From the NCBI GenBank assembly GCA_951406725.2, contig OX597822.1, positions 89,652,001 through 89,716,000 of the forward strand: DNA of 64,000 bases, read 5' to 3'. Position numbers and translations under genes: made by a program. Positions 51,384-63,728 of the stretch are shown here, piece by piece. The first letter of the stretch is position 1. Every line of letters begins with the position of its first letter. Under the pieces are notes generated by a model. The model was not told the origin of the DNA and did no database searches. It saw only the letters and a program-made list of their open reading frames with translations. Source of the DNA: Octopus vulgaris (taxonomy: Eukaryota).

Positions 51384-51957
51384 CTGTAATAGAATTATGA
51401 GTAAATCATACAATAAAATTTTATATTTTTTTAATAGTGAAGTACAATGGCTCAATGGTTCAAGACGTGAGTTATTCGAGAAATATGCTGGAAAGTTTTT
51501 TGTAAAAATTGTATCATTGTCATCATTAAATGTCTGTTCTCCATGCTGGCATGGGTTGGACAGTTTGACAGAAGCTGGTCAGCTGCCTTGACCCTATTTA
51601 TCTGTTTTGGCATGGTTTCTATAGCTGGATGTCAATTTAATTTTTCCAATTATATCATGGTTTGAAAATGTACTCTGTCTCAGCTCCCTTTGCTGAAAGT
51701 CCGCAGCTGAATATCTATTCCACAAGTAAATGTAATTCATTATTGAATCACATGCATGACCCGAAGCCAAAACCAGACTGCATGTTATGCAGATAAAGTA
51801 ACATTGAACTATTCAGATCCACTCAAATAGATATCTGTCCCATATACATCATCTCAGATTCTCTTTTCTGATATCTATGATTTTTCTTAGCCAGGAATCA
51901 CATCAATCTGTGACTTCATACTTTGTATTCACAATTTTGAATGTTCTTCAATTTTCA

Positions 51958-53700
51958 TACAAAGGTAAAGGTGACATCTTAGATAGAAATAATTACAGAG
52001 GTATCAAACTGTTGGATTATATGATGAAAGTCACAGAGAGATGGTATATTTCTGGTAAGGTAGCTGCAGGAGAAATATCTAGCCAAAGATAAACCTCTGT
52101 ACTTGGCTTTTATTGACATGGAGAAAGCCTTTGACAGGGTCCTTTGATCCCTTATCTGGTGGTCAATGTGGAAACTAAGGATAGATGAATGGTTGGTGAG
52201 TGCTGTACAAGCCATGTACAGGGATGCTGTAAGGTGAGGGTTGGCAATGAGTATAGCGATGAATTCCAGGTACAAGTAGGGATTTACCAAGGATCAATCC
52301 TCAGCCCCCTTTTATTCATTATAGTCCTCCAGGCAATAACAGAGGAATTTGAGATGGGCTACCCCTGGGAGCTCCTCTATGCTGATGACCTTGTTCTTAT
52401 AGCTGAATCACTACCAGAACTAAAGAAATTTCAGCTGTGGAAACAAGGTCTGGAATCAAAGGGCCTTAGAGTTAACCAAGCAAAAACCAAAGTTTTAGTA
52501 AGTAGGAAAACAGACAAATCACAAATCCCTGTAAAAAGGCGTAGGTAGAAACTCCATAAGACATACCCAGTGCAAGCTATGGACACATGAGAGGTGCAGC
52601 AATATCAGAGGAAGATTAACTGAAACAATAGTTTTTGTGTGGAAGGTGCACAGGTACAATAAACACCAAAAATGTACAGAAAATCGACTTCGTGGGGTAA
52701 GCCAGAGGTAGTTGATAGCTTCCGTTATTTAGGTGACTAAGTCAGTAGTGGAGGTGGATGCTCCAGAAGCAAAGCTGTGAGAAGAGGAACAGGCTAGGCA
52801 AAGTTCAGAGAGCTCCTACCTCTGTTGGCAACAAAAGGCCTCTCCTTCAGAGTGAAAGGTAGACTGTATGACGTCTGTGTGCAAACAGCTATGCTACATA
52901 GCAGTGAAACATCGTTTGTGACTGCCAAGGACATGCAAGGCTTGAAAGAAATGAAGATAGTATGCTTTGTTGGAAGTGCAATGTCAGTGTGCATGTGCGA
53001 CCGAGTGTAAGCGTCTTGAGAGAAAGGTAGAGCATAAGAGGCATCAGATGTAGTGTGCGAGGGAGATGACAGCACTGGTGTAGTCATGTGATGTGTATAG
53101 ACAAGAACAGCTGTGTAAAGAAGTGTTAATCTCTCACTGTGGAGAGAACCTGAGGTAGAAGTAGACCCAGGAAGATATGGGACGTGATGGTGAAGCATGA
53201 TCTTTGAACATTAGGCCTCATGGAGGCAATTATTATTGACCAAGACCTTTGGCGATATACCATGCTTGAGAAGACCCATCAAGCCAAGTGAAATTGTAGT
53301 CGTGGCCAATGCTGGTGTCATGTAACTGGCATGTAAAATGCATCATTTGAGCATTGGGCCTCATGGAAGCAATACCAGTGTTGCATAACTAGCATGTAAA
53401 AAGCACCTTTTGAGCACCGGGCCTCATGGAGGCAATGACAAATGACCGAGACCCTTGGCAATATGCCATGCTTGAGAAGAAGACCCATCAAGCCAAGCCA
53501 AACTGTAGTCATGGCAGATACAAGTGGTATGTAAAAGCACCCATTACACTTTCAGAGTGGTTGGCATTAGGAAGGGCATCCAGCTGTTAGAAACCATGCC
53601 AAATCAGACTGGAGTCTGGTGCAGGCCCTCAGCTTACTAGCTCTGGTTGAACCTTCCAACCTATGCCAGCATGAACAATGAACATTAAATGACGATGATG
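51958..53700 (+). mobile_element. 5'-truncated RTE LINE, antisense in OVCA2 intron
   Basis: NYRGIKLL, WELLYADDL, QCKLWTHERC, 3' UTR and (GAT)n tail. Confidence 0.93.
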
Positions 53701-53844
53701 TTCTAAACACCAGTTTATTAACCTTTGATTAATACCAATGATTGGTTTTTCTTTCTATAATTCTTAATGATTTTCAAAATAAATAAAAACATGAGTATTT
53801 GAAATATGTTTGCAAAAGGGTTAAAAATTATAATACTATCTTAC

Positions 53845-53926
53845 CAGGATTTTGTTCTCTTAATCCACATAAGAGTGATACTAAAGAAGCACCCTGGCTA
53901 AATCCAAATAATCCATCAAATGGTCC
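53845..53926 (-). CDS. OVCA2: OVCA2 exon (nucleophile Ser)
   Basis: gtAG / GTAAGA, 82 nt, GPFDGLFGFSQGASLVSLLCGLREQNP; GxSxG motif. Confidence 0.96.
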
Positions 53927-54998
53927 CTACAAACATGAAATAGAACTCTAACAAATTATCTAATAAATTAAGGCTTAAGGGAATAAATTTAATATATATT
54001 AGTTGGTGTTAAATTCTAATTTAAGGCTTTTTACATATTTTATATTTGACAAATTTTATACTTCAAAATCTTTCAATTTTAATCATCAAACAAAAATATG
54101 GAAAATAAAAGATAGTTTCATTCCATAATAAAAGACCATTCTAAATCAATTCATTAAATAAAATGAGTGCTGGAGAATTTTTTTTCTTCATTCTGAGACT
54201 AGAATGCTTTCTCCTCTTTATTTCTTCTGTTAACTTCAACTTATACAAAGCTAATATCAGGGTCACTACTATGTCCCTACTGCAGAATATTCTTAGATCT
54301 CTATTCTTATTTATTTTTTTACTTGCCGAGTTAGGAGAGCTGGACAGTGTCTATGGCTCAGAAGTAATACAAATCTGATGAGGGTTGTCTGCTTTCCATA
54401 TTAAGGACACATCTATGCAAAAGATTGTGAAAGAGTGAAATGTGGTATCACCTGCATGTTTCCATCAACAAATCTTTTGATTACTTCTAAACTGAAAACC
54501 TAAATTGCCAACTTTTGAATTCTATCAATATCTTACATTCTGTATAACAAGTTTACTGTCTGTTTGTACCATCAGAGTATGTATCAATAGGGCACTCTCT
54601 GATCTCCATTCTATCTTCTCAAGTGTGCTTTGTTTGATTATGTCTCTTTTGCTTTCAATAACCAAACAAACTCCTATGAAAATAATACCATCTTCATTCT
54701 TTCATAATCTTTGCATAAAGCCATTCCACCTGCAGTCTAGAAATATACCATGAGGTTTATATTACATGTAGAAAAATTACCTCAAGAACATCCTGATTCT
54801 AACTTCAAATATTTAGTTACATAAGCAATAATCAGAAAAAAATATTTGTAAACGGAATGAAACAAAAAGAAGCACAGTTTTTATTAGAAATCTAGTGAAA
54901 ATATTTCTCTTTAAAAGAATAAAGTTAAAAAATACTTAACAAAATTTTAAATCAGTTTTTTAAATAATGAATGAAAAGTGTAAAAGTTTCATAGAAAC

Positions 54999-55123
54999 CT
55001 GTTCTTTCAAGACGTTTTTAATCATTTCTATTGATTGTTCATAACCAATACAACAATTTGTTTCTTCTTGAGCATGGAAATATTTGTCTTCTCTTGAAAA
55101 CCACCAACCTCTTTCATCAATAT
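54999..55123 (-). CDS. OVCA2: OVCA2 exon
   Basis: tccAG / GTTTCT, 125 nt, (D)IDERGWWFSREDKYFHAQEETNCCIGYEQSIEMIKNVLKEQ; RGWWFS is conserved in the family. Confidence 0.94.
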
Positions 55124-55792
55124 CTGGAATGGCAAACAATTTTAAAATGTTCTGTACAATAAAAGGCAGATATGTAGTTATGTATACTGTTATAACTGCT
55201 AACATTGCAGAAGTGGTCTGGACAGCAATTAGCAAGTGTCAGTAGTTAATACCCTATCATTCATACAGTGATGCAATAGGACAGTTTTTAATAGCTAAGT
55301 TTACCTAATTAAATAATTCATGGATACCAACTGCATGAAAAACAATTAGCAAGCTAGTGTTAATATATTTAAGTAACATTAAACAAACTGACTAGAAATA
55401 ATAATGCAAAAAAGAAGAAAGAGCAATATTTGTCAATGGCTAATATTATTTTCATTTCACCAAGAAATAAAGATGAGATTACATGATATGTTTTACTTTT
55501 ATTCTGACCTCATCAGAAATACACCCTTTATAATACCTGCCAAAATAGTCACTAGTGAATCATTAAATATATTTTACCACTGTAAGCAGTAATGCTAAAT
55601 TGCTAACAGTTTCACAAACTATAGTGCTAACTTCAGTACCACTCATGGTAAATGAGAAGAGTTTTTGGGTTTCACTCATTAAGGATACACGAGTAAATAG
55701 ATAAGAGTAGTGAAGTTACTCACACTCATGCATAAGAAATGCTTTAGGCTTTTTTCATTTAAAATTTAATTTTATTCATATATGTATATATG

Positions 55793-56013
55793 TTTCTTTA
55801 TTACCCACAAGGGGCTACACACAGAGGGGACAAACAAGGACAGACAAATGAATTAAGTCGATTACATCGACCCCAGTGCGTAACTGGTACTTAATTTATC
55901 GACCCCGAAAGGATGAAAGGCAAAGTCGACCTCGGCGGAATTTGAACTCAGAACCTAGCGGCAGATGAAATACGGCTACGCATTTCGCCCAGCGTGCTAA
56001 CGTTTCTGCCAGT
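55793..56013 (-). mobile_element. SINE B
   Basis: Reverse complement of 50281-50503 with few mismatches. Confidence 0.92.
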
Positions 56014-56156
56014 TTCATATATGTATATAGCTCATATCCACATCTTACTTTGGCTTTGAAAATTGTTTAATTTCTTTTTTAATGGCTTCCACACTTACAT
56101 TAATGGGACTTAGCTGAAGTTAACCATGATAAGCATGGTTTGCTTAGAGTGAAGTC

Positions 56157-56572
56157 TTGGCAACTGACTTGGCAGACACCCATAAAATTATTAACCATCT
56201 TACAAACAATAACTCTGAGCACCTTTTCAAACTCCACCCGTCTAACACCCGTGGACATATTTACAAAGTCAGAAAACAGCACAGCTCCCATGACTTTAGG
56301 AAACATTTTTTCACACTGAGAGTTGCTGAAGCATGGAACAAACTGCTGGCATCAGTTGTTAATTGTCGGAGCACTGCATCCTTCAAAACTTCCATGCTTT
56401 CTGAGATTCGCCAACACTACACCTGATTTTCTCCTCTCCATACACACACAAGCATGTATCTGACTCATACATTGTTCGCTTTCCAGACATTTGTACATTA
56501 CTGCATATACTTTATACGCACTTTCTGACAAGTTGTGGTGCACCTGAGCACTGTATACAATAATTTCATTAT
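56157..56572 (+). mobile_element. CR1 LINE 3' end
   Basis: NTRGHIYKV...RKHFFTLRVAEAWNKL..SVV...S...FK followed by short 3' UTR. Confidence 0.88.
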
Positions 56573-56966
56573 ATATTAAAACAAAATTAAATCATAAAAG
56601 AACCATTAATGGATTTTGTGAAGAAATAGTATATACTACCTAGTTGCTTGATTTTCTAAATTGTTACTTTGAAAGAGTTGGGCTCCAACTAATTTACCAA
56701 TCTTAACACTGAAATGGTTTTCTTTACAGAGTGAATAAGACCATTTCCATATACTTTTATTTTATTTCTGCATGATTTCATGATTATGCCATAGATTCAT
56801 GTTCGGTTACAAAAACTACTTAAATTCTAACATTCTCACAAAGGGATAAGTAATTTAGTTAAAAAACAGAATACTGAGAGCATAAAACTAAATACCAGAG
56901 CATATTTAGTTTCTTCTGTAATCATAAACTTTGTAAGACACAAATAATGAATGATAGTTTCACACA

Positions 56967-58062
56967 GGTGTAAACGTGGCTGTGTAGTAAGAAGCTTGCT
57001 TCTGAAACATACGGCACCTTGGGCAAGTGTCTTCTACTACTTCTATTGTAGCCTCAGGCCAACCAAAGCTTTGTGAGTGGATTTGGTAGACAGAAACTGA
57101 AAGAAGCCTGTCGTGTGTGTGTGTGTGTGCGTGCATGTCTGTCTGTGTTTGACAACCAGTGTTGGTGTGTTTTGTCCCCATAATTTAGTGGTTCGGCAAA
57201 AGAAACTGATAGAATGAGTACCAGGCTTGAAAATGAAATAAGTATTGGGGTCAATTAGTTTGACTAGAATTCCTCAAGGCTGTGCTCCAGCATGGTTGCA
57301 GTCTAATGACTGAAACCAGTAAAAGATAAAAGATATTAAACAAAACCTCTTATAAGTACTCTTGACCTCAGAACTTTCTTTTTAAAACCTGGTACTTATT
57401 CTATCGATATATTTTGCTGAACCACTAAGTTATGGGGATGTTAACAAACCAATATAGGAGCAGTGGTGATAGGGCAAACACAAAAAGACATGCATACACA
57501 CGTATATGTGACATGCTTCTTTCAGTTTCCATCTGCAAAGCTACTTGCAAGGCTTTGGTTAATTTGGAGCTATAGTAAAAAATACTTGCCCAAAGTGCCA
57601 TGCAGTGGGACTGAACCTGGAACCATGTTTGGGAAGCAAACTTCTTACCACACAGCTAGTTTATAAGGATTGTTTATTCTTTTTATTGTTTTACTTGTTT
57701 CAGCCATTTGACTGCAGCCATGCTGGAGCACTGCCTTGAAGGGATTTTAGTTGAATAAATTGACCCCAGGACTTACTTTTTAAGCCTAGTACATACTCTA
57801 TCGGCCTTTTCCACTAAGTTATGGGGATGTAAACACACCAACACCTGTTGTCAAGTGGTGATGGGGGGACAAACACAGACACAAAGACACAGATACACAC
57901 ATACACACAGATATATATATATGTGACAGGATTCTTTCAGTTACTGTCTACCAAATCCACTCACAAGGCTTTGGTTGGCTGGAGGCTACAGCAGAAGACA
58001 CTTGCCCAAGGTGCTATGCAGTGGGACTGAACCCAGAACCATATGGTTGGGAAGCAAGCTTT
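56967..58062. mobile_element. Cluster of three SINE A copies: + (56967-57333), - (~57375-57657), - (~57680-58062)
   Basis: Family A body and tail motifs in both orientations. Confidence 0.88.
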
Positions 58063-58755
58063 TCTAAATTTTTTAAACATAAACATTTTTAATTATGTTT
58101 TTAAAATTTATTTTTTAATATGGAATATCCTAACCCATACAGAGCATGACTGTAAATCTAAGTCAAGTTAGTGCCATTATATTCAATGTAGTGAGGAAGA
58201 AAAAATATTAAATAATATTTATGCAATGAAGAGAAGAAAATATTGACTGGGTGATTAATATTATTTTAATCTGATTAATAAATCTGGATAGGATTTCAAT
58301 CTTATTAGATTTTCTCAATAAAGCATAGTCATATACAAAATCATGCTAGAATATTACTCCTTACTGCATAAGTATTATTGATTAAATATTTTCCACTATT
58401 ACATTAAGTATGATGGCATTAACAGCTGTTTTTCATACAGAATATGCCTTAGGGTGACTTCTCTCAGTCATTATTCATGTAAATAACTTCAATTCAGAAC
58501 ACAAAATTACAATTATGGAGACAAATTACACAAAATTACAAACAAAATGACACAGTATATAATTTCCAATGCATAGATTAAGAAAAAAGGTAATAATTGA
58601 ACAAGGAAAATATTTATAAATCAATACAATATGTACTGGAATTTTTTTAAAGTGAACAAAATCTACTGTCAGCATGCTAAGCCTGTTCTCACCTCTAAAT
58701 CTGAATAAAAAAGTTTCAAAAATATCTTTTTCATTCTAACCTTTGATGTCTTTAC

Positions 58756-58812
58756 CTTCATGTTCACCATCATCTGTATTCACAGGAATTTTGTTAGGAG
58801 CACTGACAAATA
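58756..58812 (-). CDS. OVCA2: OVCA2 exon
   Basis: tgcAG / GTAAAG, 57 nt, (V)FVSAPNKIPVNTDDGEHE; phase 1-1 fits neighbours. Confidence 0.88.
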
Positions 58813-59449
58813 CTGCAAATATAAATATATGACTTAATATCTCAGAATTTAAAGTCTTTTCTAGAAATTTAGGCAAGCAAACCTACTCGTCTACCATAAG
58901 TTTCCCCCATGTATACATCTTTATGAACATATTGTATTTTGCTCTCTTGCAGAGAGCTCTAGCTCCTCAGCAGTATTTACAGCAACACTTCTAGGAGAGT
59001 AGTAACTGAATAAAAACAGAGAGTAGAGGGCACACTTTAACACTTTAGTCCTAACAGACATCCTCTCTTGTAGTGGTGATAGGTTGGAATACTTCTTTTG
59101 CTTAAACCAAAATATATACTTAAATTGATTGACCCACAGACTGAATTCAAACACATTTGATAAACAACAAAGTTTAACACTTCATTTTTATATTCACTAT
59201 CCCACTTTCCTACAAAAGAATTAGTTAATGGAAATTATTAGCTTGAAATATAACTTATTTTTTATTGTCATTGGTTTAAAATCCTTTCTTAATTAAGGTT
59301 TCCATTTGGTATTCATCTTTCTGCTTGCAAGCTTCCAAGAGTAGAAATATAAAACTTGAGAATCTTATTAAAAACTGCTATGATCTGTGTACTTGATAAT
59401 GAGGACACAAGATTGAAAAAATTATATAAAATAACTGCAAATAATTATA

Positions 59450-59870
59450 CCTCACACCTGTCTATAGGGTCTTACAATTAATGCTACTGAATATGTTGTG
59501 ATGCTGGAGACAATTGTTAAGCCCTGGGTAGATGAAGTATGCAGTGGAAAGTCATATATGTTTCAACAAGATTCAGAACCTTCTCAGAGAACCCATATAG
59601 CCCAAGAATGGATATCAAACAATCTTTATGATCATATAAAACTAAACTTATGATCTCAGAGCCACCCCACCGATTTAAATCTCATGGGTTACTACATTTA
59701 GAACAATGTTGAAAGGAGACTAATCAACATCCTCACATAAATGTAACTTCACTGAAGGCTACCCATGTCCAGGTAATGTTGAAATAAGGATCATTTAGTG
59801 CAGACATATCAATGATACTAGTCCCACATTGCAGCAATAATCAAAGCTGATGGCAGATTCATAGAATAAT
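59450..59870 (+). mobile_element. Decayed mariner/maT-type transposase C-terminal fragment
   Basis: ETIVKPWVDEVCSGKSYMFQQDSEPSQRTHIAQEWI...PTDLNLMGYY with stops. Confidence 0.75.
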
Positions 59871-60085
59871 CTTATATGAAATCTTATCAAGAATGCATGC
59901 ACAAATTTTCATGAAAATACATTTAGTTTTTTTTAGATTAGAGTTAGCTTATTAAATTACCCAATATGTCCTCAAATCAGCCTTGTAGTCTGTATACACA
60001 TACACATACATGCATTTTTGTAAATCGCAACACTTACATAATTGTTCTAAAATTAATAACATTGATATATTTAAGATTATCTTAC

Positions 60086-60156
60086 CAAATTCTACTTTAT
60101 TTTTGAGAAGTTTTCTGAAAGAGCCTGTTTTCTCTCTGAATAACTGAGCATTTTGT
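60086..60156 (-). CDS. OVCA2: OVCA2 exon
   Basis: tacAG / GTAAGA, 71 nt, (R)QNAQLFREKTGSFRKLLKNKVEF (human FREKTGALRKAL). Confidence 0.95.
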
Positions 60157-60272
60157 CTGTAAAAGAAATGTATTATTCTTAGTTACATGTAAATAAATAT
60201 ATATATATACATATTATACTGTTCTGTGATGGTAAGATCAACAAAAAAAGTACTCCATCTGGTGAGAAATAA

Positions 60273-60698
60273 ATATCATTTAACAAACACAATACATGTT
60301 TTTATGTGCTACTATTAGTTTCATGTGATGAAAGCATCTCAGTATTTTTTAACACATCTGGTGCCTTAGCGCAATCTTCAGGCAAAGCCCACATGGCATA
60401 AGTTAAAAATAGGATGATGATGAGACAAAAAACAAAAAAAGGTGAAGAAGAAGGTGATATAAAAGGTGAAAAACTTTTTCATTTTCTGGTTTTTCACTTT
60501 CCATCTTTTATATCACCTTCTTTCTCACCTTTTCTTGTTTTTTCTATCATCCTATTTTTTGCTCGTTATGCCACGTGGGCATTGCCTGAAGATAGTGCTA
60601 AGGCACCGAGTGTGTTAAAAAGTGCTGCCTGAGAAGCTTTCATTGCATGAAACTAATAGCAGCACATAAAAATATATATTGTGTTAATTAAATAATAT
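60273..60698. repeat. Imperfect ~425-bp foldback in OVCA2 intron
   Basis: ~200-bp arms, e.g. TTTTTATGTGCTACTATTAGTTTCATG vs CATGAAACTAATAGCAGCACATAAAAA; centre near 60485. Confidence 0.9.
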
Positions 60699-61761
60699 AT
60701 ATACTCTTTTATTGTTTTACTTGTTTCAGTCATTTGATTGTAGCCTTGCTGGAGTACTGCCTTGAAGGGCTCTTTAGTTGAACAAATTGACCCCAGGACT
60801 TATTTCTTAAGCTTAGTACTTATTCTATCGTAGAAAAGATAGTAGGAAAGCTGTTGAGAGAAGACAATAATGAATACACAGTGCAAGTAATTTGTAATCT
60901 CAGGTAGAATGACAGAAAATCAGGATTTAAAATATGCAAATGTATAAGAGTAGAGGTATTTGATGACAATAGAAGCTATTCAAGAGAGACCAAAACGTGG
61001 CAAGATCAGATATTAGGATGTTGGGTTTCACAGATGTAGTGATGATGGTTCAAGAATTGCAAAATGCCATATAAAAGACCAGAGACATGCCGCCTAGGTA
61101 GGCAGTGCCTACCTTGAATAAAATAGATTGACAGCAACATTTTCCTTTTATGGCAAAATATGCACCTAATTCAATAAAATTATGAAGGTTACTCTGATTA
61201 CTATGCATAAAATGCAAAATATATATTTTTTTTCTAGATTAGGTAGGCATAATTCGCCCCTGCCTTTAAATCTCTGTATTTAAGCTACACATAGTACTGC
61301 TGTAGTACACATGCTGCATACACTCCTACAACACTGTTTTCTTTACGTGCTATAAAGGCAGAAGTAAATCTGCCTTCAACTCAGTCACATGGCTGTGTTT
61401 CACTTATTTTTTTGTGCGTTTTACTACATAAAGGTCACCAACTGCCTACCATGAGTAATTATTGATGGCACGTGTCTGTAAAAGATCTACTGAGCCAATG
61501 TCAACAAGGAAAAACAGTGGTGGCAGTGATGATGATATTGAAGAGTAAATTTTGAGCTTTGTTTTAGAAAGAATATTAACCAAGAGCTGAATAAACAGAT
61601 CTGCTGGAGATGACATAAGCGAGTAAAGCACTAAAAAAAGTAAAACAATAAATAACAAGGCAGATTGTTGTAAAGCTATTGCTTGGGTGCAAAGACTAGT
61701 AGCCAGCAATTCATTGTAGATAGTTATTAAGAGAGAGATGCAAATAATAGTATATTCTTAC

Positions 61762-61784
61762 CTGTAACCATGGATACATAGCAT
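61762..61784 (-). CDS. OVCA2: OVCA2 23-nt exon (may contain the start codon or follow an upstream exon outside the window)
   Basis: tttcAG / GTAAGA, MLCIHGY(R); matches the LCLHGxxQ N-terminal motif of FSH1 proteins; 215 aa from this Met. Confidence 0.88.
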
Positions 61785-61943
61785 CTGAAACAGAATAATT
61801 GTTTAAATAATATAACAAACACTACAGGACTATAATTTATTAAATCAAAAACTATAATGAACGAAAGGAGAATTATGAAAAACAAATATCAAGAGTATTA
61901 CATTTTACATGAATAGCAGCAGCAAATTTTAAAGTCTCTGTAA

Positions 61944-62084
61944 TAGGCATGGCCAAACTTTTTTGAGAAGCAGATCACATAAGACATGGTTTGTCATCAG
62001 GTGGACTGTCCTACTAAAGGTAAGATATTTTTGTTAGGCGTACCATTCAGGAAATCCCAAGGACCACAGTTTTCCCCATGGCTG
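61944..62084. mobile_element. Possible hAT-type MITE
   Basis: Degenerate termini TAGGCATGGCCAAACT / AGTTTTCCCCATGGCTG. Confidence 0.3.
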
Positions 62085-63049
62085 CTCTATAATAACCAAA
62101 CTTTATACTCTTATATTTATCCAGTAGAAATGGAAACATTTAAAATACATCAAAATTAATAAATTAATAACAGCTTAAGAATGGACTACACTGACATATT
62201 CGTGAGTCTTACAGCATTAGCAAATGAATACTTCTCTACACTTTGTGTGTGTGTGTATATATAAAAATGCACATAGATTAGATAATGAACTTTGAATACT
62301 GCATGAAATATAAACAGTGAAAAGGCCTAGCTTGAAATACTTCCTCTTAAAGATTGCTTCTATGCATTCCAGAAAGCAAAAAAATCCCAACCTTTTGTAC
62401 ACAACCACAAATTTAGTTTACCAATTATTTTTGGAGAAATTCCTGCATACTTCGCCAGCTTTTCCGATATACCACTTATTTTTCTCACTACCTGAAAATA
62501 TTTCACTTGATATCCAACCTTCATTCTTAATACAGCCGTCTCCATCCATATTTTACATCGACTACCCTCCTGAACCACTAAATTAGTTCTCCTTCTTCAC
62601 CACCATACATCTCTCACTCTATCTCCACACTCTTACAGCCTACTGAATCACGTCATCTCTCTCTTTCTCACAAATTTATATGTAATGTGGTTACCTCCAC
62701 TCCTATCTACACCTCAACTCTACGCAACCTTTACAGTTGTCACCTGCTCTCTTCCCCACCTCCCCTACTTGTCATTTGATCATTACTTGTTCTTCATTTA
62801 TAATATTAACTCCCTCATCTGTTTCCCCATCTCCTATACACTCTTTCAACCACTACCCACCCATATTCCCTTTCCACTCTGACACCTCATACCAACTATT
62901 TTAATCTCTTTCCAGCCTCACACTCATTCTCCTTTCTATAAAGTGAATAGCCTCTACAGAAAAACCTTGCTCTGTCCTGGTCACTTCTCTTAACATAAAC
63001 ACTCTCTCTCTCTCTTTTTCTCTACTGTAGTCTCACTCAGTCAGAGGAG

Positions 63050-63240
63050 ATCTTAGTCTTGCAAGCTGAATGGTGATCTCATTATGCTAATGCAATTAAA
63101 AAAGCACTTAATACATGCAGTCATAGAAGTAATGGAAAGAAGACATTGGAACATGATGCAATCTTTGAAACTGTCAGATCCTGTCGAACCATCCAACCCA
63201 TGCCAGAAGGGAATATGGACATTAAATGATGATGATGGTG
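63050..63240 (+). mobile_element. Degenerate RTE-related 3' tail
   Basis: CCATCCAACCCATGCCAG...GGACATTAAATGATGATGAT. Confidence 0.65.
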
Positions 63241-63329
63241 ATAACTATTATTAATACAATTGTCATTTGTATCATTAGAAATACATTAATGCTATTATTA
63301 CTATTATTATTATTATTATTATTATGGAA

Positions 63330-63728
63330 AAGGCAGTGAGCTGGCAGAATTGCTTGCATGTTGAACAAAATGCTTTGTGGCATTTCTTCCAGTTTTATAT
63401 TTTGAGTTCAAATTTTGCCAAGATCAACTTTATCTTTAATCTTTTCTGGTTGATAAAATAAGTACCAGTTGAGCACAGAGAGGGTCAACATAATCAACTA
63501 ATTATAATTATTATGGAAGACAGTGAGCCAGCAGAATCGTTAGCATGCCGAGCAAAATGCTTAGTGGCATTTCATCTGTCTTCATGTTCTGCATTCAAAT
63601 TCTGCCAAGGTTGACTTTGCCTTTCATTCTTTCAGGGTCAATAAAATAAGTACCAGTTGAATACTGGGGTCGATGTAATTGACTTACCCGCTCCCAGAAA
63701 TTGCCGGCCTTGTGTCAAAATTTGAAAT
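63330..63728 (+). mobile_element. Two tandem SINE B copies
   Basis: CAGTGAGC.GGCAGAAT heads at ~63333 and ~63521, TTCAAATT B box, ATAAAATAAGTACCAGTTGA. Confidence 0.85.

Noticed and set aside
53718-53824. Possible second piggyBac MITE (TTAACCTTT … AAAAGGGTTAA) beside an OVCA2 donor
   Set aside because: Left terminus imperfect and TIR match too short
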